Source: Octopus bimaculoides (Eukaryota). Taken from it: a DNA stretch of 64,000 nucleotides. Shown piece by piece: positions 53,112 to 64,000 of the stretch; the first letter of the stretch is position 1; every line of letters begins with the position of its first letter. Below the pieces are notes generated by a model. That model was not told where the DNA came from, made no database searches, and saw only the letters and a list, made by a program, of their open reading frames with translations. The DNA lies in assembly GCF_001194135.2 (NCBI RefSeq), contig NC_068982.1:170905726-170969725 (forward strand). The letters are read 5' to 3'. A program made the translations under genes and the position numbers.

Positions 53112-53311
53112 AAGGGAGTTATCCCTCTCACCTCGACCAGCAGCACGAACGTTCGTGCTGCTGGTCGAGGTGAGAGGGATAACTCCCTTGGCAAACAGGA
53201 CACAGTCGTGTGTCGATAAGCCAGCTGGAGGAGATGTCCTCCTGGGGCTAAAAGCAACAGTAACATCCACCCCTAGGGGTCAGCCACACTTAAGTGGCAA
53301 TATACTACACT
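53112..53311 (+). mobile_element. Second copy of the hammerhead-associated element, beginning with a 78-bp perfect palindrome
   Basis: Homologous to 6720-6900 in reverse complement; ends at (TA)n 53313-53337; starts at a gap edge. Confidence 0.7.
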
Positions 53312-53575
53312 TTATATATATATATATATATATATATGTTATTTTATGATATGCTTCTCTGCAGAGTCAGTTTTTGTATGAGTCAAAACGTTAAGAATGA
53401 CCTCAGTCTGTTAATAGTGCGTATCTATCCCTGTATCGGATGTATAAGAAAATCAAACACTGATTAGTTTGAGTAAAGAACTCTTGAATGACAAGAATAT
53501 AAATGTTACTCAGTAGCATTAAAACAAGTAGTACAGCAGTAATAATAGTAATATCTGTATTACTGTTGTTTTCAC

Positions 53576-53770
53576 GACGGTGAGTTGGTAGAATCGTTAG
53601 TACACCAGACAAAAATGCTTAGCAGTACCTCGTCCGTCTTTACGTTCCAAGTTCAAATTCAGCCAAAGTCGACATTTTGGGAAGCGTAGAATACGTACCT
53701 TTTGAGCATTGGGATCGATCTAATTGATTAGCACTTCCCGTTAAATTCCAGACCTTGAGCTTATAATAGA
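53576..53770 (+). mobile_element. tRNA-derived SINE (Deu/Nin-like family)
   Basis: A-box-like TGGTAGAATCGTTAG, B-box-like AAGTTCAAATTC, internal deletion. Confidence 0.82.
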
Positions 53771-54546
53771 TATAACAATTAATACTAGATAGAATGTAGA
53801 CACATGTATAAATACAGTGACAGATAGATAGGAAAAAAGAAAACAGGTATGCAGTTTTACACAAAATTACGTTGTTGTCGATCGAAACATTGTGAGTAGA
53901 CTTATAACAAGTGTTGCACAGTATGTTATAAACTCAGATCACGTGATTCAGAAGCAAGCATCTGAAGTAGAAGTTTATGCCTGCGCCTAAGTGATATGTG
54001 CTGTACCCAAGATATAAAATATATCATTGTTACCCACTAAGATATTTACACGTACATACACATATTTGAACATGAGATTATTCAAGCAGAAATTGACGTG
54101 ATTAACATAATTGTATAATTGTTCCTATTTTAGTACCTAGATATTATTTCACGTATAAGGACTTCTATCAGTAATGAATATTTTTTACTTCATAAACATG
54201 AAAATCATATTAATAAACAATAGAATTAACAATGACAGTAACTGTAGCCCTATTAAAATTATCTCGATCATTATGAATAAAAAGATATGAAATGTAATTT
54301 AAAATCGAATCGATGATATTACTATCAATTGTCACAGAGACAGTGACAATTAAGAAGCAATAAATATCAATTAAATAGAAAAAAAATTGTTAATGTCACT
54401 TCTCGATACAGAAATGGAATCTGGTTGCCACCTTGATCTATCTTAATTATATATCTACTACTAGAAGCAACGATGTCAATAATCTCTCACTACAACCAAA
54501 AAGTAAAACATAACGACTCATATATATATATATATATATATATGCA

Positions 54547-54580
<34 letters not shown>

Positions 54581-55234
54581 TACGCATACAAGCACTCACA
54601 TATGAATATAACCATACTTCTGGAGTGGTTTCTACAAACCAGAATCCGATATAGGTAACAGTTTTTATTATATGTTGTTCATTTATATTACTTGTGTTAC
54701 AAATTTTCTCTCTCTTTTTTTCCCCCTCCCGATTGTTTAATATATCTTCAGTAAGACATCTTTCACCCAAGAATCTGTGGTTGACATCTTACTTTCTTTG
54801 AAAATTTCTCAGAAAAAGCATTTATGTAAAAATAAATAAGTAAATAATAAGTAAATGCTAATAAAATGGTAAGCAAGTCACAAGAATGCATCAGTGGAAT
54901 TTCTGCATGGTATTCAGAAATGTCAAAAATGGAGAAAAGACAATGAAATAAAGAATGGTAGAAAAACAGAAACACATACAGAAAGAATGAGGGAAAGCTA
55001 TAGGGGGAGGGAGACAAAGGAAGAAATAAATAAATAGTCAACTCTTGTGAGAATTTTGAGAATTTTGAGTAAAATATCAACATGTCTCGTTTCACTCTAC
55101 TTGGAAAGAATTTCTGGAATGGAAAAGAGATATAATAAGTTGCTTAAATGGATTTCAGATGGTTATTATATTTACTTTTCAATACGCAATAGTGCATGCT
55201 TATATTTGTATGTAGACAGACACAGACACAAACA

Positions 55235-55289
<55 letters not shown>

Positions 55290-56039
55290 NNNNNNNNNNG
55301 TGTGTGTGTGTATGATTTTATGTATATACATTTGTATCTGTATATTCTATGTATAAAAGCATATTTATTTCTATTGGTGTAGAAGCACTGAATGTATATG
55401 TGCTTGAGTGAAGAACCATAAAGCAAGTGTGTAGCACGTAAGGCGTATCACAATACGAATGTCGCTACTATCATTCGTTAAGGGCGAAAGTATGAATATC
55501 ACAACATCTCGTTTCTAGCAACTGCGGAAAATGTAGAATATTTCAGAAGCAACCAAAACCGTTATGGTAGTGTTTGTGCATCATTATTGATATAGAATGA
55601 AAGATAAGATCATTACTTTATATACGCAGCCTTTACGCCTGGGGGAGAAAGTTATGGATATCATACAATGCCATTCTTATCTTTACATAAGTGTGCCAAA
55701 GCTAAGAAATTAATATTCTCGAAGAGGAGCATTGTCTATTTGTGTATACGTCAGTTTCTATTTGTGTATATGTATCTGTGTATGGGCATCTATATAAATA
55801 TATTTGGACGGACCTAATATACGTTTTCGATCTCAGAGTCACTACATTGAAATTGTGATTCCTTCCAGTCACATGACTTTCCGGAAATGTATGTAAGTTA
55901 CAACTTCGAACGTTTTGCCGTATGTTTATACTTTGTGTCTTCCAATAGTCAATATGTCGTTCTTAGAAGGATTGGACTTCATTCTGTAGCAACTCCATAC
56001 ATTACATATAACCTCATATGGTGGTTTCATATTATAGTA

Positions 56040-56242
56040 ATTTCAAACTTTGGCACATGGCCAGCAATTGCGGGGGAAGGGTATGTCGATTACATTGACC
56101 CAGTGTTCCGCTGGTACATATCTTTTCGACTCCGAAAGGCAAAGTAGATCTCGGCGGAATTTGAACTGAGAAAGAAAAGACTGACGAAACGCCACTAAGC
56201 ACTTTTCCCGAGGTGCTAGCAATTCTACAGGCTCACCGCCTT
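56040..56242 (-). mobile_element. tRNA-derived SINE (Deu/Nin-like family)
   Basis: CGAAAGGCAAAGTAGATCTCGGCGGAATTTGAACTGAG is the reverse complement of the B-box and central domain. Confidence 0.85.
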
Positions 56243-58116
56243 AGTTCCATATCATATTAATTGGAACTGGGAAAAAACGTATCATAAGTTATGTTGCACA
56301 AATAGTGTGCTGTGTGGGCTCACAAGCATAATAACGTAAGAAAAATGTAACTTATCCTACACTGAAGTGAGTATCACCAAACAGAATTATAGCGTACTAA
56401 TTTAGCGAAAAATAGTTGATGGACAAGACTATGTCAAAAGATAGATTGTAAATGACTGCGGGAAGTATTTTGCACAAGAAACAAGAAAGTTAAGTATAGA
56501 GCAAATTGGACGCAGAGTAGGGCCGAGGATGATAACGATGTTGGAGGCTGTAATGGGCAATTCAACATCACATGAAATCGATTCTATTTCACATTCTAAT
56601 AAATCAGTGTATAAAGATTTGACTGTATTCCTCTCTTTCTCTCTCTCTTACACACACACTAACTAGCAATATATCTATCTGTCTATCTCTGTACCTGCTT
56701 GTCTGTCTTTCTGTGTGCCCGTCTGTCTTTCTATCTATCTATTTCACAGCCTCTCTCAAATACACACTAACACGTACACATACAGGTATAAGAATTTTTG
56801 TTCTCTAACAGTTTTAAAGTAAAACCTTATATAACGATTTATAACAACAGTTTATACGATATAAAATATTTGTTTGTTAACAGCCTATCGGCATCTTGAC
56901 TTGTTTCATGAGCCACTATTTCATACATAGCACTGTGATGTGTTCTAGGAAATGGAAGTTACTAACTAGGAGTTATCTTTTAAAGTTTTGAGACATATTG
57001 CTAGCACTCGTATATTGCTTATAGGTGTAAAAGCATAGAAGGATGAAATGGGAGGAATCATAAAAAGCAGGCTTAGTTAGGAAGAATATGCCTGGAGTGC
57101 TATTGAGTAATGTTTTTAATATCGACTATATTACAGATGGAAACTACAGAAAATCAAAGTGGTGTTTTATACGGATTTGAGAACTCAGTTTATTGAAGCA
57201 AGCGCAGACTTCAAAACAATATGGTTTACTTTACCAAAATGAGATGCAAAATCGACATACTCAACAAATACCTATCCTCCGGCATAGTGAAATATTGGAT
57301 AATAGCATTAAAATCAAAACGGTTTTAGTTTAAATCTAAACCAAACGATAAGATCTGAAAACAAGTGTAAAACATATTGATCAAAATACAGTATATATTG
57401 AATTAAAAAAAAAAATGCTGGAAAATATAGTTAGTGCTAACTGTTTAATGTAATGAGCAGAACAAACAAATTTGAAACCCTTATGCGATTAAGGGTAAAT
57501 ACTAATATTATTTTAATCATTCCAACAATGCAGCAGCCAGCTAGAGACATACATTTGACTTCCTAGATTCCTTCAATAAAATAAGACTTTATCGTACCAA
57601 GAGAGAATACCTAAGTATCTTCGCAATAGTATATAAGTGTAGGCAGAATATAATAAAAATTCTATTCTATGAAATGAGTTACTTAGAGACGACATCTGCA
57701 AGAAAAATTGTACTTAAGTCAGTGTTAACCCGCTTATTCATGTAAATATCAATTAGAAATATGGAGTATTCTGATACAAATGATAACATTTTTGCGAGAA
57801 TAAAGTAGAGAATACCTATAATCTTTCACTCAGGGCTAACTCTCAAAATTACTATACTATTAAAATCAAATTTTCATTTATCATTTACTATATGTTGGAA
57901 AAATTTGTAGTGAAATATGTGATTCATTTTGGTAATTATCTTGCGCATATATTCCACATAAAACGTTTTGTTTATTTGGAGATAAATAGCATCAAATCCA
58001 ACCACTCAAAGTATGAAAAGCAGGCTAGAGAATTAAGGTAAACACAAAGTAACTTTATAATATGACAGAGCAGCCATGCTTGTCTAACGCAATGTGTTAA
58101 TATTATTTCGCCAAAA

Positions 58117-58660
58117 GGCGGCGAGCTGGAAGAAACGTTAGCACGGCGGTTGAAATGCTTAGCAGTATTTCGTCTGTCTTTATGTTCTGAGTTCAAATTC
58201 CGCCGAGGTCGACTTTACCTTTCAGCCTTTCGTGGTCGATAAATTAAGTACCAGTTGCGTAGTGGCGTCGATCTAACCGACTGGGCTTCTCCCCAAAAAT
58301 TTGGGGCCTTGTGCCTAGAGTAGAAAAGAATGTTATTTCGCCAAAAAGACAGTGAGCTGGCAGAATCGGTAGCACTCCTGACAAAATGCTTAGCGGCATA
58401 TCTTCCGTATTTACATTCTGAGCTAATACTTCGCCGAGCTCGATGTTGCCTTGCATCCTTTCGGTGTCTTTAAAATACGTGTTGTCAATTGGGATCAAAT
58501 TTAACTGACTAACAATCAATAACAAAATTACTGTATTGTGCTTAGAGTAGAAAGGATTAGTTCCTCAATCTTATGGTGGAAAGATGGCAGAAACGTTAGG
58601 AGGCATTTCTGGCGACTTTACGTTCTCAGTTGAAATTCGCCGAGTTCGGCTCATCGTTTC
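58117..58660 (+). mobile_element. Three tandem tRNA-derived SINE copies (about 58117-58332, 58347-58560, 58585-58660)
   Basis: GGCGGCGAGCTGGAAGAAACGTTAG (A-box region), GAGTTCAAATTCC (B-box), central GTCGACTTTACCTTTCAGCCTTTCGTGGTCGATAAATTAAGTACCAG. The Deu/Nin label is from memory of that consensus. Confidence 0.9.
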
Positions 58661-60133
58661 GCGCTGGTATGTTTAAAGTTAGAGTTAGAGTAATATTGGA
58701 CTAATCTTGCTGGCTGCGTGGCAAAATTAGAAAGAATTATTTCATGAAATAGCAACAGCATTGGAACTAGAATATGGAAATTGTGTATCAAACTATAAAA
58801 TAAATGAATTAAACTATAAAATAATCTCAGCGCATTTGCATAAATTGTGAGACACAGTGGAATAGTAAAGTGTACATGAATTGATGGAAGATAAGTTTCG
58901 GGTTCGTTATACAAAATCCGAGAAAGAAAATATCTCTCCTACGATTTCAGGATACGAACAGAAAAACTGAAGTAGAATAAATACAATAAGGGGAGAAACT
59001 GGGAGAATTAAACTGGGAGAAATAAAACTGTACATACGTAACCACACACACGCACACACGAACGTACGAACGCACAAACACAGACACATGCATAAACACA
59101 CGTGTGTGTGTGTGTGTCTGAGTGTCTGTGTATATATGTTTGTGTGTGTGTGTCTATGTGTAAGTGTGTGTGCACGTGTTTATATGTAAGTATATGCATG
59201 CATATTTGTAAGTATGCATTCTTTGTGTATCTGCGTATCGACATGCAAAAGAATTTTGAAATTCGTACGACTATTTACATAATTTTAATTCGTGTACACT
59301 CACAACCGAAGATTGTTCTAATTTAAATATTACTTACACAGGTAGAAGCGCTATGGACGTGATTTGAACGACACCCGCATAAAATATGATTTATATGAAC
59401 AAGGCCCGTAATGAAAGCTGTCGTTTTATATATGTATATCAAATGAATAATAACATACGATAGATAATTGTGAGCTGACAATTATCCATCGTTTGATTAT
59501 AATAAACCAAAGGAATTTACGACTTGTTGGACAACGTAGTCTATACCAACAAAGTAACTGCTCAAAATAACGATTAATTTGGACCAGCCCCTTAGGCGCT
59601 AAATACTCATAGGGTTGGTTTTCTCTGTGTACACAAGCGAAATATCCTGTCTGATATTTCGACTCTCACCAACCATACGGCAGAACCACAAATATTACAC
59701 AACCCTACCTGGTGCATACCTTTTCAAGCACCCGAATATATCGGAATCCTTATCTTAATTCTCATATATATATATATATATANNNNNNNNNNNNNNNNNN
59801 NNNNNNNNNNNNNNNNNNNNNNNNNNNNNNNNNNNNNNNNNNNNNNNNNNNNNNNNNNNNNNNNNNNNNNNNNNNNNNNNNNNNNNNNNNNNNNNNNNNN
59901 NNNNNNNNNNNNNNNNNNNNNNNNNNNNNNNNNNNNNNNNNNNNNNNNNNNNNNNNNNNNNNNNNNNNNNNNNNNNNNNNNNNNNNNNNNNNNNNNNNNN
60001 NNNNNNNNNNNNNNNNNNNNNNNNNNNNNNNNNNNNNNNNNNNNNNNNNNNNNNNNNNNNNNNNNNNNNNNNNNNNNNNNNNNNNNNNNNNNNNTATATA
60101 TATATATATATATATATAAGATACGCACACACA

Positions 60134-60187
<54 letters not shown>

Positions 60188-60784
60188 CTGATGTAGTTAT
60201 ATACTTGTGTATAATGTTATGAATAGGCAAATAAATCTGGTTGTAATATTCTACACACAATAATGCGCGCGCACACACAAATTCACCCACATACATTTAT
60301 ATATATATGGCTTACATAACAATGAATGTATTACTATTGCGCACATTTGAAATTTATGCATATTGTGGGTACTATATATAACAGATTACAAGAATAAAGA
60401 CACATTTGGTTGCATGAATTCATGTAGTAAAATGCGAATGTGTTTGTCTTTACTCATTGCATGTATTTGATCTTGTGTGTGCTTGGCTATGGATATATGT
60501 GTTTGCTGTCCTCAACGACTATATTAGTGTATACGTGTCAGCATCAGCTTGCGTCTTCCTGTGTCACTACTGGAGTCTTCGTCACTATGAATGATGTGTT
60601 TTTCAGCGGCTTGCCAACAATGTGAACTAATGAGGCGCCATTTTGAGGACACGCTCTTCGATGCAGCTTGCGGCCATTAAACAAATGAGACCGACCAAAA
60701 GAATACTTCCGTCGATGGAATATGGAGTGAAAAAAAAAGAAGCATTAATGAACACTCTTGTGCCTACACGTGTATAATATATAC

Positions 60785-60816
<32 letters not shown>

Positions 60817-63800
60817 NNNNNNNNNNNNNNNNNNNNNNNNNNNNNNNNNNNNNNNNNNNNNNNNNNNNNNNNNNNNNNNNNNNNNNNNNNNNNNNNNNNN
60901 NNNNNNNNNNNNNNNNNNNNNNNNNNNNNNNNNNNNNNNNNNNNNNNNNNNNNNNNNNNNNNNNNNNNNNNNNNNNNNNNNNNNNNNNNNNNNNNNNNNN
61001 NNNNNNNNNNNNNNNNNNNNNNNNNNNNNNNNNNNNNNNNNNNNNNNNNNNNNNNNNNNNNNNNNNNNNNNNNNNNNNNNNNNNNNNNNNNNNNNNNNNN
61101 NNNNNNNNNNNNNNNNNNNNNNNNNNNNNNNNNNNNNNNNNNNNNNNNNNNNNTATATATATATATAAACTTATATGTATATATATGTGTGGGGGAGCTT
61201 ATAAAAATGTACGTGTTTATGCATATTCATAAATACAGGTATGCATTAAATATCTTACATGTATGTGCATATATATATATAGAAATGTAGAGAAAATACA
61301 GATGAATATTTTTATAAATAGATTAAGGCACACACACACACATACACACACGTACGCGCACACATATACACATGTAGGTGTCAGTAAGCGTATTTATTTG
61401 AGACATGCATATAATATACATATACATGTGTAAATATATGTGTTTAAGTCTATGTGTAATTATACGTGTGTCGCTATATTTATAATTCTTTTCGCTTTTT
61501 AATAAACTGAAAGTCATTTATATATTCTTCTATTGAATTTTACATAGCGGTAGTTGCGTAATATTGTGTAAATATTACCATTCACACAGTGATATGAAAT
61601 ACATGTAATAACATATATTGACCCTTATCTTTAAATATGTACAAATAGTCTTCCATTCGTATTCATTATATATGCTCGTAGCACATATGTATACACTAAA
61701 TATGAAGATAAAACTTATTCGCCATGTACAGTTATGCAAACGTATAATTATAAACCGCTGTCAACGATATAAAGAAACAGTAAATTTAACAAAAAATTAT
61801 TCGCAGGGAAATATTGAATTTTAAGAAATAAACATACAATGCCCTTAGCATACATTGCTACAGAAAGACATCAACGCACGTACACTAAAACATTATACAT
61901 GATATGCGTTGGTATGTGTATTGTGTGAATATGTAGGCATGTATATNNNNNNNNNNGGATATATATTTATATATATATGCACAGAGGAAAATCAATCTCG
62001 TGTACAAATTGTCTAAAATATGCATAATCACTTAGTCATATTTAAAGAACTTATACTAGCAAAATGGATTCAATGAGAAACATATGCTGCATGCATATCA
62101 CACGCATACGCACATAGACACACACATAGTCACACACATACACACACTTTATATGTGTGTGTATATATATATAATCTAATACCTATACATGTGCAAACTA
62201 TAACATTTATTCAACTGCAATTTTAAGCTTGAGTCTTCTGTTTTGAAGCGAATGTACATGAGCGTTTACATATGGAAAATAATTTCTTTGGGTGTACTTG
62301 TGGTTGCACAGTTTACACATGTTTAATGCATTTCCTATGCAACGCATTTTCATAAATATTCGGTAGGGGTTGTTCTGTTCACAAATATATAAACAGCACA
62401 TACCTGCATATGTACATTGTAAAAAAATGCTTCTCTGCCATTTATTTACGGTAGAAATGTCTATTGCACACCATCCGTGATGAATTGACAGCAATCAAAA
62501 ATAGATACTTGATTTAATGGTGAATTTTGTCAGTATGCTGGTCGATTTTTTCTCGATAAAATGTTGAACTCAGTACTGTACACAATGAACCCAGAATTTT
62601 ATACAAGTAAGTAGGTAAAAACCGTTAATTATGTTGTACTCAGACGAGTAAGAGTTTTAGTTTTGGAAATGATGTTGCAGATATGAAAGAGAAAAGGTCT
62701 TATAAAACCTGCTGTTTTTATTTAAGAGAAATGTACCCAATAATTCACGAATTACACTGCAAAGGTTGTTCACTTTCAATCTAAGAGCAGGCGATTGCTA
62801 CTAAATACCTAATCAACAGAAGAGACAGTGAAACCCTTGGTGTTCTAAGATGCAACTGTAAATGTATGTTGTTATATTTCTTTAGGAAGACATCGCGCAC
62901 ATGATTAGCACTTATCCTGTCTTTTCTATTGTTATTATCAGAGGACGTTTTTTGACGTACATCCAGTCTTAGTTCCAGATCACATCATGCTATCTCGCCT
63001 TACTCGAGATTTACCACGTCTTCATCCAATTAGTGTTGTGCTTCCAAGCTTAAGCATTTTCCCTCAAAGTGCCAGGTTTGGGAATTCTCTTCCACCTCTT
63101 TCTAGTCAAAAGTATAGCCATTCCTTTCATCTTCATTTTCCGCCTTTAATGTCCGTTTCACTAAGTGGCTTCACGCCTCATTGGGGTCTTTTTCTTTTCT
63201 AACAAAAATTGGCAACAGAAAAAAAAGCGAAAAGTAAACAGCTCAGTATTGCCGAAGAAAGTAAAATGCCGAGTAGTTAGAAATAATGGAACTCTAAATA
63301 ACGGATCTTCGTTTGCTTTTCAGACCTTGTAAATGTAACTCAATGAGTATAAATGTATACGTGTGTGGTACGTTCGTATAGTAGATGGATATTTTAAAGT
63401 CCCACGCCGCACAATACACGAAACGATGACACTATGCTCGATGCAAATTCGGAGAGATGAACAATAATGTCAAACATAATGGAGAAGTTATCCATACGCA
63501 AAATCAAGCAGAAAATCCATACCAAAAAGGGGATGCACTCCATGTAATAATACCTCCTTTTGTAGGCGAATACATGATGAAAACTATATTACATACATAT
63601 ATCCTAAACTTGGTTACACCGTACACAGCAATGGGAGAAATGCAGAGTCATATAATGCATTCCATTCACATTTCTGAATTACAGTATACCGCTACTGGAA
63701 ACGTCAATAAAGAGATTACTTATCATTTTTTCCAAGCTCACATGTTGATTATCGTATGCAAATACACATTCATACCACGCCCTCTCACTCGCCCTAACAT

Positions 63801-64000
63801 TTCGACACTTATGTTATTCCTCGTTTACACCCAAACTTATTTCCACACCATATACAATCCTGCTTGTTAAACTGTCTCACTAGCTTAAATATATAATTTG
63901 TAATTTAATATTCTTTATCATTCGAAAAGCACGGATGTTTGATTTGTGTTTTCCCATAAACGTTTCAGAATATATATTTTCTCGTTTGTCTATCCCGGAT

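Noticed and set aside
58117-58210. tRNA gene
   Set aside because: Has A/B-box-like sequence but no cloverleaf, and continues into a dispersed SINE body.
59638-59661. 9-bp stem, 6-nt loop hairpin CGAAATATC-CTGTCT-GATATTTCG
   Set aside because: A single short hairpin is expected by chance in 64 kb; no supporting context.

Overview
AT-rich, microsatellite-dense eukaryotic DNA from a gapped short-read assembly: 12 N-runs, most flanked by (TA)n, (CA)n or (AAT)n. The SINE families resemble, from memory, those of Octopus, so a cephalopod origin is an inference. No intact host protein-coding gene, rRNA, tRNA or CRISPR array can be supported; the window is intergenic or a very long intron. Recognisable content is decayed mobile DNA: about ten R4/Dong-type (RLE) LINE fragments mostly attached to (AAT)n tracts, two Penelope-like (PLE) fragments, one RTE and one CR1/L2-like 3' end, a maT-like and a near full-length Hsmar1-like mariner, a probable solo LTR and about a dozen tRNA-derived SINE copies. 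The most interesting signals are RNA-level. (1) A near-canonical minimal type I hammerhead ribozyme on the minus strand at 6895-6939, inside a small structured element that has a second copy at 53112-53311; both copies end at (TA)n. (2) A perfect 78-bp palindrome in that second copy, centred where hammerhead helix III should lie. (3) A different, degenerate hammerhead motif in an 88-bp repeat with a 330-bp period at 27486-27903, resembling a retrozyme or PLE pseudo-LTR. PLE hammerheads and retrozymes are known classes; whether these particular families are described needs a database search.
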